Source: Gammaproteobacteria bacterium
GTDB lineage: Bacteria; Pseudomonadota; Gammaproteobacteria; HIGHO2-12-38-15
DNA: 59,523 nucleotides
Direction of reading: 5' to 3'
Assembly: GCA_016218405.1 (NCBI GenBank)
Contig: JACREE010000022.1
Coordinates: forward strand, 1-59,523
Part shown: one piece after another, positions 13,091-21,067 of the stretch
How the letters are laid out: each line of letters opens with the position of its first letter
Position numbering within the stretch: position 1 is the first letter of the stretch
Translations under genes and position numbers: made by a program
Notes under the pieces: generated by a model
What the model saw: only the letters and a program-made list of their open reading frames with translations
What the model was told of the DNA's origin: nothing
Database searches by the model: none

Positions 13091-13768
13091 ATGAAACGAC
13101 TTCTACTGCTCTTATTTTTTCCCCTCATGGTGCTAGCTGAGCCTGTGACAAAATCGGCTGTTTATATGGGTATTGGTGGGGGGGTGAGCATTTTAAATGG
13201 GATGGATATCAATCAAAATTATTATAACTATACTGTGCCTAACTCACCTGTGACACGTCAATCTATCTCGCAAACTTTCAGCCTAGGCGGGCAGGCTAAT
13301 ATCGCCATTGGATATCGCTTCCTCTATGATTATCGAACAGAGTTTGAAGTGGCCTACCTCACGAACAGTCGTTCTTCGGATCGTGTGTTGCCTAATGGAA
13401 GTAATTTATTAAGTTCTGGTCACTCTGATTCAACCGCATTCATGATAAATGCCTACTATGACTTCACCAGTTTTAGTAAATTAACGCCTTATTTAGGAGG
13501 GGGTTTGGGTTGCTTGATTAACAACTCTCCCTATACGGATGGTCAAACTGATTATTCTCAGGTAACTAATGCCACTTACTTTGCTTATCAAGGAATTGCT
13601 GGATTTAACTATGCTTTTAATCAAACAGTGTCAGGATTCATTGATTATCGACGTTTAGGGACAGGCCCTAAAACAGTCCAATACCGTAGCGGTGATATTC
13701 AGTATGACAATGCGGGGCAACAAGTCATTGCAAATTTGGTGACTTTAGGTGTGATATTTGAATTTTAA
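13091..13768 (+). CDS. Outer-membrane beta-barrel protein (opacity/OmpA-like transmembrane domain)
   Basis: Signal peptide, RTEFEVAY, MINAYYDF, TPYLGGGLG, FAYQGIAG, C-terminal Phe. Confidence 0.8.
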   Translation: MKRLLLLLFFPLMVLAEPVTKSAVYMGIGGGVSILNGMDINQNYYNYTVPNSPVTRQSISQTFSLGGQANIAIGYRFLYDYRTEFEVAYLTNSRSSDRVLPNGSNLLSSGHSDSTAFMINAYYDFTSFSKLTPYLGGGLGCLINNSPYTDGQTDYSQVTNATYFAYQGIAGFNYAFNQTVSGFIDYRRLGTGPKTVQYRSGDIQYDNAGQQVIANLVTLGVIFEF

Positions 13769-14198
13769 GCGGAGTACCCCCTGGCAACCGCAAATTTTCA
13801 TCAAGTTCTAGCAGGGGATAAATAACAAATGCGCGGAACAGTATCCCGGGATGGGGTAAAATCAGTGAAGCCGTATTTATAACAAGTTGATCAAATAACA
13901 ATAGATCTAAATCCAAGGTCCGCGCCTGCCAACGCTTGCCATCACGTACCCGCCCCTGTTTTTCTTCCGTTTTTAACAATGCGGCTAGCAACTCAAGCGC
14001 TTCTAATGCTGTTTTAATTTTTGCAACGGCATTCACATAATCAGGTTGATCACTGCCATCTAGAGGTGGACTCGTATAAAAAGAGGAAGAGGCAAGCAGT
14101 ATGGTGTTTGGTAAGTTCGCCAGTGCTTCTAATGCTTGATTTAATTGCACAACAGGTTGATTTAAATTACTACCCAAGCCAATGTATGCGGTATGCAT
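13725..14198 (-). CDS. folK: 2-amino-4-hydroxy-6-hydroxymethyldihydropteridine diphosphokinase
   Basis: AYIGLGSNL, QPDYVNAV, RTLDLDLL, LPHP; canonical position after pcnB. Confidence 0.95.
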   Translation of the reverse strand: MHTAYIGLGSNLNQPVVQLNQALEALANLPNTILLASSSFYTSPPLDGSDQPDYVNAVAKIKTALEALELLAALLKTEEKQGRVRDGKRWQARTLDLDLLLFDQLVINTASLILPHPGILFRAFVIYPLLELDENLRLPGGTPLKIQISHLKSPNLQ

Positions 14199-15539
14199 CT
14201 ATTTTCGCCGCCTACGCCTACGTCGTGACTTCGAGCGCTTTGCTGCTTCTTCTGCCGGCAGGGCCGCGATCATTACCTGTTGTTCTTCTTCTGAAGCGAT
14301 TTGAAACACTTCCCACCAATGCACAATTTCTTCATATTTTTCCCCCGTCTTTGCGCGCAGGGCTAAGAAATCAAATGCAGCTCGAAAACGCTTATGTTGT
14401 AATAAATGCGAAGCATGTGGGCCACGATGAAGAAGCTGATGTTGTAAATGCCAAATTTCATGTGCGCCTAAAGAAATACGACGGATGATAGCCACTTGCC
14501 GACCTTGTTGTGCAAGTACTTTGGCGATGGCTTTTTCATAAGCGCTAACATCAGGCAGGCCTTCACCCTGGTATTGATAATAAAGCATCATCATGGGGGG
14601 CCATAATAAAGCTGCAAATAGAAAAGAAGGACTGGTAGAACGTTTTTGATGAAATCGCGCATCCATGTCTTTAAGTGCTTCATTGACTAAATGGGTGTGG
14701 ATGAAATCCGGTTCATGTGATAGGCAGTGTGCTGTTTGTGCAAGTAGCCACTGAAAAAGTTGATATTTCTGTAGTAGCATCAAAGCACGTTGTGAAAAAC
14801 CAAATAAAAAGAATTTTTGTATTTCATCAAATAAACGTGCAGGGGGAATATGTTGCAACAATTCACCCATCGTAAATAAAGGGGCTTCTGTTTTTTCTTC
14901 AATTGCAAAATTTAATTTTGCAGCAAAACGAACAGCACGTAATAAGCGCAGAGGATCTTCATGATAGCGTTGGTGAGGATCACCAATCAAACGGACCACT
15001 TTGTGGTGGATATCATCTAAACCGCCGCAATAATCGACTAAAGAAAAATCTGCGATGTTGTAATACAGTGCATTAATTGTAAAATCACGGCGAAAGGCAT
15101 CTTCTTCTAAGGTGCCATAGACATTGTCCCGCATCACCATACCCAGCTTGCTTTTGAGATAATGTTTTTTATTGAATAAACCGGTTGAAGCGCTAGCGCG
15201 AAAGGTGGCAACTTCAATTTTATCAAAGCCAAAGTGTACGTGGGCTAAACGAAAACGCTTGCCGACCAAAAAGCAACGACGAAAAAGTGTTTTGACCTGT
15301 TCAGGTTTGGCATCCGTGGCGACATCGAAATCTTTGGGGAGTAAACCCACCAAAAGATCGCGTACGCACCCGCCTACTAAATAGGCTGCATACCCCCCTT
15401 CTTTTAAGCGATACAGCACCTTCAAAGCATGAGGATGAATGTTTTTACGAGAAATGGGGTGTTCTTCTCGAGGAATGATGCAAAGTTGCCCTTTGGGAGA
15501 GGGTTTTTTTCTAAATAACTGTTTAAGCCGCGTAATAAT
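14199..15539 (-). CDS. pcnB: Poly(A) polymerase I, probable ATT start
   Basis: LVGGCVRD, KDFDVAT, LVGKRFRLAHV, basic C-terminal tail; frame stays open 38 codons above the TTG at 15425 and encodes the conserved IIPREEHPISRKNI segment; only ATT codons (15539, 15536) are plausible starts before the upstream TAA. Confidence 0.93.
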   Translation of the reverse strand: MITRLKQLFRKKPSPKGQLCIIPREEHPISRKNIHPHALKVLYRLKEGGYAAYLVGGCVRDLLVGLLPKDFDVATDAKPEQVKTLFRRCFLVGKRFRLAHVHFGFDKIEVATFRASASTGLFNKKHYLKSKLGMVMRDNVYGTLEEDAFRRDFTINALYYNIADFSLVDYCGGLDDIHHKVVRLIGDPHQRYHEDPLRLLRAVRFAAKLNFAIEEKTEAPLFTMGELLQHIPPARLFDEIQKFFLFGFSQRALMLLQKYQLFQWLLAQTAHCLSHEPDFIHTHLVNEALKDMDARFHQKRSTSPSFLFAALLWPPMMMLYYQYQGEGLPDVSAYEKAIAKVLAQQGRQVAIIRRISLGAHEIWHLQHQLLHRGPHASHLLQHKRFRAAFDFLALRAKTGEKYEEIVHWWEVFQIASEEEQQVMIAALPAEEAAKRSKSRRRRRRRK

Positions 15540-15683
15540 GGTCGTATCTCTTCTAAATTAAAAAGTAAAAACGAAGATTATACCTTGTAGGGATAAAGAT
15601 CTGGAGTTTTTTAATAGACCTCTTACCTAAGCTCAAAATTGCACTATACTTAGGCAGGGCATTTTTTAATCAATGAGGCCATT

Positions 15684-17501
15684 GTGCGAGAAGAATATCC
15701 AGCACCTGAGTTAGCTAACCATCCGAATAGGCAAGGGATTCAGCCCAATCCTTCCCCTGCCGGGCAGGTCACGAAAGGCGATCTTCACGGTAATGTCATC
15801 AACTTACTGTACTTCTTGGTTCGAGAAGGCGTCTTACTCATACACGAAACCGCCTACAGTGAACTTTTTAGAATTTACGAAAAAATACAATTCAATATGG
15901 AAAAACAAGTCCACACGGAACTCGATGTGGATGATCTGAAAAGATTTAACGATATCATCGTTAACTATATCCTTATTAATCCCCAGGCAAAAACAAATGG
16001 GGTGCTCGTCCGTCTCATTGGAGATGTGATGGCCGATCGTGGTAATTCTGATTTTTTAACGCTCTTACTGCTGAATAAATTGTATCAAGAAGCGGGACTA
16101 CCTAAACCTGAAATCCTTTTTTCTAATCATGATGCCGGGTTTATTGAAGGCCTCGTTAAAATTAAATTATTGGATCCTCAAAGCCCTTCTTACCTTCAAG
16201 ACGTACTCGGAACCCTTAAGTTTTATGCAACAAACTGTGCTCCCAACGCCTCCATGATTGAAACAATCAATCTGCTTGAACAAAGAATCATTAGCCCACA
16301 AACCTTAATCCAGTATGCAAATCCCTACCTCGCCTCATTAAAATTGCTTTCCTATTCTGATCTCAGTGATCACGGCATTACACTGTATACCCATGCACCT
16401 GCGGGCTTAGAAACTGTTGAAGCCTTGGCTAAAAAATTTAATATCCCTTGCAGTGCACAGAATGAATCCACCCCTTATGAACTGGCTAGAACCATCGATG
16501 CCATCAACGTCGCCTTTCAAACATCACTTTTCAATGGCAGCTTCGAAAAACTATACCAGGATGAGAGGGATGCCATGCAGGATCACGCAGACCGGGGAAC
16601 TGTTCAAATGAATGCACCCCCAACCGATTACCCCTTGATGAGGCTTGCCTGGAATCGTTCAGCAGGAACCGGAGACCCCAAAACAGCTATTCGGGGAGGA
16701 AACAATTACAAGGTATCAAATGTGCACGGCCATATTGGTCCGGAGGTACTACAGGCAGATCTTCTCAACTATGAATCTATTAATTTAGATAATAATTTAG
16801 GTAAAGATATAGGGGCCTGCAAGTTAGCAACCCCCCCGTATGACCCAACCGGCCATGCTTTCACTTACCTTGTTCATAAGGCGACAGTGGCGCCCCAAGC
16901 AGCTGCAGTACAAGCCGTACTGCCAGCACAACAACAACTACACTACGCAGCACAATCATCACAAATATTTGCACCTTTACCGCAGCAAGCACAGCAAGTA
17001 TGGCAGCAGCAACCTGCGCCAGCACAGCAGTTTCAACAACCCTTAAGCAGGCTTCCCTCTCAACAACATCAAGTTTTTTTTCAAACAGCAGCATCCACTA
17101 GACCCGTTTTTGATGCACGTGATGAGCAACACTACCCGTTGGAAACCATTCAGCAAGACTTTATGAATTTTTTTCGTCAAGCTTTAGACTTAGATAAACT
17201 CCGTATTCCAGGAGAGTGGTATCAATTCATTAAGCAAGTTTCTTTCGTTATGCAACCCAACGAGACCTCACCGTCTTTTCAGATCGACTTCCACTCTCCC
17301 CTGCACCTTGGGCAAATTTTACCTGCATTCATCCATCTCGGCGTTGTAGCAAGACCCACGGCCTCTCTGCCAGACACCCTTTCCTCACTGGTATTATCAC
17401 CTAGAGCCTTTCCTGTTTTGAAAGAGAGGTTAGCGCGGGTGTCAGGCAGATCTAGCGAACAGCCTCCAACACCCCCTCCAAGCAATCGGGGACCTTATTA
17501 A
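15684..17501 (+). CDS. WipA/WipB-like metallophosphoesterase-fold phosphatase, candidate Dot/Icm (T4BSS) effector
   Basis: GDLHGN, GDVMADRG, SNHD, THAP, WNR, HGH, LDNNLGK motifs; Gln/Ala/Pro-rich linker and an unrecognised C-terminal domain. Confidence 0.72.
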   Translation: MREEYPAPELANHPNRQGIQPNPSPAGQVTKGDLHGNVINLLYFLVREGVLLIHETAYSELFRIYEKIQFNMEKQVHTELDVDDLKRFNDIIVNYILINPQAKTNGVLVRLIGDVMADRGNSDFLTLLLLNKLYQEAGLPKPEILFSNHDAGFIEGLVKIKLLDPQSPSYLQDVLGTLKFYATNCAPNASMIETINLLEQRIISPQTLIQYANPYLASLKLLSYSDLSDHGITLYTHAPAGLETVEALAKKFNIPCSAQNESTPYELARTIDAINVAFQTSLFNGSFEKLYQDERDAMQDHADRGTVQMNAPPTDYPLMRLAWNRSAGTGDPKTAIRGGNNYKVSNVHGHIGPEVLQADLLNYESINLDNNLGKDIGACKLATPPYDPTGHAFTYLVHKATVAPQAAAVQAVLPAQQQLHYAAQSSQIFAPLPQQAQQVWQQQPAPAQQFQQPLSRLPSQQHQVFFQTAASTRPVFDARDEQHYPLETIQQDFMNFFRQALDLDKLRIPGEWYQFIKQVSFVMQPNETSPSFQIDFHSPLHLGQILPAFIHLGVVARPTASLPDTLSSLVLSPRAFPVLKERLARVSGRSSEQPPTPPPSNRGPY

Positions 17502-17591
17502 CATTTTTTGCACACCTCCGCCTCGTTTGATCAAATTAAATTCACACAAAAAACTAAAGTTGTTTTTTCTCTTGTTTTTTCCTTAAAAAAC

Positions 17592-17621
17592 TTGCAATCC
17601 TTCATTTGTTACGTATAAATT
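17592..17621 (+). promoter_or_regulatory. Candidate sigma70 promoter of the MNIO cluster
   Basis: TTGCAA (17592) followed after 16 bp by TATAAA (or after 18 bp by TAAATT); A/T tracts upstream. Confidence 0.4.
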
Positions 17622-17624
17622 AAG

Positions 17625-17750
17625 AGAGTTGTCTAACAGGTTGTCAGCAAAAGCAGATATCATTGCTGAAGCTGTCAGCCAGCAACTTTAGATTCCAACC
17701 TTGAATAGTATTTAATCGGATAATATTCAACCAGTTGGTTTTTTTTCGTT
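17625..17750 (+). promoter_or_regulatory. Structured 5' leader or small RNA ending in a terminator-like hairpin
   Basis: Nested pairings TCTAA/TTAGA, GTTG/CAAC, TCAGCAA/TTGCTGA; then CCAAC-TTGAATA...TATTCAA-GTTGG followed by 8 T (17739-17746). Confidence 0.4.
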
Positions 17751-17776
17751 AATCTCTAAATGAGGAAAGAGTAACT

Positions 17777-18073
17777 ATGAAGACCGGTCTAGTTATCGCA
17801 GCTGCAGCTGCAGCGCTCTTTGTTGCAGGTTGTGCAACACAAGGAACATGTGGAACTCCCGCGGCTCAAGCCCAAGCAGCTTCTTGCTGTAAAGGCATGA
17901 GCTCTTGCAAGGGTGCAAGCTGCTGTAAAGGTACAAGCTCTTGTAAAGCGGCTTGTCCTACTAACACTTGCCCTACCACCACGTGTCCTACTAAGAAACA
18001 TCACAAGAGTCACCACAAAGCTAAAGCCGCTGCTGCTGCATCTGCCGCCAGCACTGAAGCTGCTGCACAATAG
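17777..18073 (+). CDS. Cys-rich MNIO (DUF692) precursor peptide, bufferin-like, predicted lipoprotein
   Basis: Signal peptide ending VAG-C19, 11 Cys, repeated CKG motifs, directly upstream of DUF692/DUF2063 genes; GAGGA RBS. Confidence 0.82.
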   Translation: MKTGLVIAAAAAALFVAGCATQGTCGTPAAQAQAASCCKGMSSCKGASCCKGTSSCKAACPTNTCPTTTCPTKKHHKSHHKAKAAAAASAASTEAAAQ

Positions 18074-18086
18074 TTGTTGTCGCTGT

Positions 18087-18125
18087 ATAAACAAAAAGGG
18101 ACACGATGTGTCCCTTTTTGTTTAT
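18087..18125 (+). terminator. Perfect 18-bp hairpin (intrinsic terminator or mRNA stabiliser) between precursor and enzyme genes
   Basis: ATAAACAAAAAGGGACAC-GAT-GTGTCCCTTTTTGTTTAT; GC core flanked by A and T tracts. Confidence 0.85.
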
Positions 18126-18178
18126 CTTTTCCCGTGTTAATCTAGCTCACCTTTCCCCTTCTTTTCTCGGTTCAAACC

Positions 18179-19045
18179 ATGAACGCTTCTTTTCCTTATC
18201 TTGGTTTTGGATTAGGTTTACGCACCGATCATTACGCTTATATTCTTGAGCATCGTCCGTCATCTGTGGATTGGTTTGAAGCATTAACTGAAAATTATTT
18301 GGTGCCAGGAGGGCGTCCGCTGCATTACCTCACACAAGTGCGTGAACATTATCCTGTGGTGATGCATGGTGTGTCACTTTCTATTGGTAGCACAGATCCT
18401 TTGAATCAAACTTATCTCAAACAAGTGAAAGCGTTGGCGGATCAGATTCAACCCCAGTGGATTTCTGATCACTTGTCATGGGCGGGTGTGGAAGGGATTA
18501 ATTTGCATGATTTAATTCCACTGCCCTACACCGAAGAAGCCATTAAACATGTCACTGAACGTGTTAAACAAGTTCAAGATTATTTGGGACGTCAAATCTT
18601 GCTTGAAAATGTATCGAGTTATATTACGTACAAAGCTTCTTGCATGCAGGAGTGGGAGTTTTTATCTGCCATTGTAGAGGCTGCAGATTGCATGATGTTG
18701 TTGGATGTGAATAATGTGTATGTCAGTAGCTATAACCATGGTTTTGATCCTCTTGATTTTATTAAAAATGTACCCGCAAACAGGGTAAAACAAATTCACT
18801 TGGCGGGGCATCTTAATCGCGGTAATTATATTATTGATACGCATGATCATCCGATCATTGATCCCGTTTGGTCTTTATATGAAGATACCATTCGTTTGCT
18901 CGGTCCTGTTTCAACGATGATTGAGCGAGACGATAATATTCCTAGCCTGCCTGTTTTGTTGGAAGAGTTGGCGATTGCCAAAAAGACAGCGGCAGTGGCG
19001 CAAAGCACGCGTTTGGGTGAACAAGTTTCTGTGGGGGTTCTCTAA
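18179..19045 (+). CDS. Multinuclear non-heme iron-dependent oxidative enzyme (MNIO, DUF692/UPF0276; MbnB/BufB/HvfB family)
   Basis: GFGLGLR, HGVSLSIG, SDHLSW, LLENVSSY, LLDVNNVYVS, QIHLAGH, IDTHD, IERDD. Confidence 0.95.
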   Translation: MNASFPYLGFGLGLRTDHYAYILEHRPSSVDWFEALTENYLVPGGRPLHYLTQVREHYPVVMHGVSLSIGSTDPLNQTYLKQVKALADQIQPQWISDHLSWAGVEGINLHDLIPLPYTEEAIKHVTERVKQVQDYLGRQILLENVSSYITYKASCMQEWEFLSAIVEAADCMMLLDVNNVYVSSYNHGFDPLDFIKNVPANRVKQIHLAGHLNRGNYIIDTHDHPIIDPVWSLYEDTIRLLGPVSTMIERDDNIPSLPVLLEELAIAKKTAAVAQSTRLGEQVSVGVL

Positions 19046-19810
19046 ATGACGACACTTAAAACTTTACAGCACCATTTTCAACAATTCTTATTGATGACGA
19101 TGCCTCATATTCGCGAAGAGGTAGCCACGCCTCAAAAGGGCAGTGCGACGGAGCGTCTGAGTGTGTACGGTGAAGGTTATTACCTCCGTTTGTTTGAAGC
19201 GCTAGGCATTGAATTCGGTGCGCTTGAAAAATTTATGGGACATGCTCGTTTTATAAAAATGGCGCGTGCTTACCTAGAAAAACATCCCTCCCAGTTTTAT
19301 TGTGTGAGGTATATCGGTACTCACCTACCCTCTTTTTTAGCAGAGTATGATCCTGCGCGACCCTACCTGCGTGAATTAGCTTTATTTGAAATGGCATTAA
19401 GTAATGCAATTGATGCGCGAAACGCATCTATTAAAACGACTCAAGATTTGGCAGGTATTCCTATTGAAGCATGGGGTAATATGCGATTTGTGCTTCATCC
19501 CTCGGTGGCTTTGCTTGAGTTTGATTGGAACATTCCTGTTTTATGGGAAATGGCGACTAAAAAAACAAGACACAAACCTTTACATGTGCCTACACAAGTG
19601 ACTGTGTGGCGAAAACAATTGATGCCTTATTATTTTGCTAAAGAAAAAAATGAAGCACGTATGTTATCTCAGTTGCAGCAGGGAGAGAATTTTGCCACGA
19701 TTTGCCAATCGCTTACCGATTTTTTCCCAGATGAAACCGCTGCCGCGCAATATGCTGTTAATGCACTGACACGCTGGCTCAATGAAGAAATGATCAGTGA
19801 TATTGTGTGA
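19046..19810 (+). CDS. MNIO partner protein (DUF2063; BufC/HvfC-like)
   Basis: RLSVYGEGYYLRLFEAL, ARAYLEKHPS, PYLRELALFE, LHPSVALL, VWRK; starts on the base after the DUF692 stop. Confidence 0.85.
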   Translation: MTTLKTLQHHFQQFLLMTMPHIREEVATPQKGSATERLSVYGEGYYLRLFEALGIEFGALEKFMGHARFIKMARAYLEKHPSQFYCVRYIGTHLPSFLAEYDPARPYLRELALFEMALSNAIDARNASIKTTQDLAGIPIEAWGNMRFVLHPSVALLEFDWNIPVLWEMATKKTRHKPLHVPTQVTVWRKQLMPYYFAKEKNEARMLSQLQQGENFATICQSLTDFFPDETAAAQYAVNALTRWLNEEMISDIV

Positions 19811-19820
19811 GTGCCCCAGT

Positions 19821-20597
19821 TTAACGAATGATGCCGCGGTCTGCATTTTTCAGGCCGGTGATCAGGGGTTCGATTTCGGGGCAACTGCCTACCATTTCAT
19901 AGAGTTCTTCTAATGCTTGTTCGACGGTATTGCCTTGGCGAAAAATAATTTTATAGGCTTGTTTTAATTGTCGAACTGTTTCTGTGCTAAAGCCACGTCG
20001 TGATAAACCACGGCTATTAATTCCAAATGTGCTGGCATCTTGTCCTGAACCAGAAATCAAGACATAAGGCAGCACATCTTTCGGCACCATGGTGGCGCGT
20101 GCGATGAAGCTGTGCGCTCCGATATGACAAAATTGATGGACAGCAGAAAAAGCACCGATGATGGCGTAATCGCCCACGACGACATGGCCAGCCAGAGAGG
20201 CATTGTTGGTGAAAATGGTGTGATCGCCAATCTTACAATCATGTGCAACATGTGAATAAGCCATGAACATGTTGTCATGACCGATTTCAGTGGTGCCCCG
20301 TCCTGTTGGAGTACCGCGATGTAGGGTGCAAAATTCTCGTACAATATTATTGTCACCCAAGGTCAGGTAGGTTTGTTCATCAACATAACCTTTGTCTTGT
20401 GGATCTTCTGCAACAGAAGCAAATTGATAAATTTTATTATTTTCACCTATTTTTGCAGGACCATGGATCACCACGTGCGGTCCTATCCAAGTGTTGTCAC
20501 CAATTTCAACATTGGCACCAATCACGGTCCAGGGACCAATTTCAACGTGATTCGCAATGACTGCGCTAGGATGAATAACAGCGGTAGGATGGATCAC
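19821..20597 (-). CDS. lpxA: UDP-N-acetylglucosamine O-acyltransferase
   Basis: [11 protein letters not shown] hexapeptide repeats, PQDK, HVAHDC, HQFC. Confidence 0.96.
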   Translation of the reverse strand: MIHPTAVIHPSAVIANHVEIGPWTVIGANVEIGDNTWIGPHVVIHGPAKIGENNKIYQFASVAEDPQDKGYVDEQTYLTLGDNNIVREFCTLHRGTPTGRGTTEIGHDNMFMAYSHVAHDCKIGDHTIFTNNASLAGHVVVGDYAIIGAFSAVHQFCHIGAHSFIARATMVPKDVLPYVLISGSGQDASTFGINSRGLSRRGFSTETVRQLKQAYKIIFRQGNTVEQALEELYEMVGSCPEIEPLITGLKNADRGIIR

Positions 20598-21031
20598 GAT
20601 AATTCCTTTCTGATGCTCATTAAATCAGCTGAACAAGCGAGTTGTCCGTTGACGGATGCTTCTCCATGTAATTTCCAAAATTCACGTTTAGAGCGAATGA
20701 CAGTGAGGGTTAAAATCAGTTGATCACCTGGCTCCACAATTTGTTTGAAGCGTGCATTGTCGATACCTGCGAATAGCCACAAACCCGCTGGCAAGTTGAG
20801 TGCCTCAGTGGATTTGTGCGCCAGGATGCCGCCTGCTTGAGCAAGGGCTTCTAGGATGAGTACACCTGGCATAATGGGACGTCCAGGAAAATGACCCACA
20901 AAAAATTGTTCATTGATGGTGACATTTTTTAAAGCTGTGATGGATTGCCCAATTTCTATGCTTAAGACGCGATCAATTAAAATAAAAGGATAGCGGTGGG
21001 GAAGAGACTTCAAAATGGCTTCTATGTTCAT
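20594..21031 (-). CDS. fabZ: 3-hydroxyacyl-ACP dehydratase
   Basis: [32 protein letters not shown]. Confidence 0.96.
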   Translation of the reverse strand: MNIEAILKSLPHRYPFILIDRVLSIEIGQSITALKNVTINEQFFVGHFPGRPIMPGVLILEALAQAGGILAHKSTEALNLPAGLWLFAGIDNARFKQIVEPGDQLILTLTVIRSKREFWKLHGEASVNGQLACSADLMSIRKELS

Positions 21032-21067
21032 GAAAAATCCTCAGTAGACTTCTTACAAAACCTGTGT

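Noticed and set aside
14021-14488. 155-aa + strand ORF, and the many other 60-140-aa ORFs nested in or antisense to annotated genes
   Set aside because: Fully overlap well-supported genes and show no motifs
15614-15660. TAGACCTCTT plus a CCTAAG/CTTAGG inverted repeat upstream of the effector-like gene
   Set aside because: Only a 6-bp perfect arm; no convincing PmrA, CpxR or LetA box or full repeat element
16880-17100. CAG/CAA-rich tract as a tandem repeat or CRISPR-like array
   Set aside because: Low-complexity Gln/Ala coding sequence without a fixed repeat unit or spacers; no CRISPR array or cas gene seen in the window
17625-17750. Assignment of the leader to a known riboswitch (NiCo, yybP-ykoY, fluoride, cobalamin)
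   Set aside because: The conserved sequence words of those families are not evident; kept only as an unclassified candidate
17789-18094. 101-aa Cys/Ser/Thr-rich ORF antisense to the MNIO precursor (and the + strand alternative frame 17913-18140)
   Set aside because: Shadow of the repetitive GCT/GCA/TGT codons; no signal peptide, and both run into the hairpin; the 17777 frame has the RBS, lipobox and operon context
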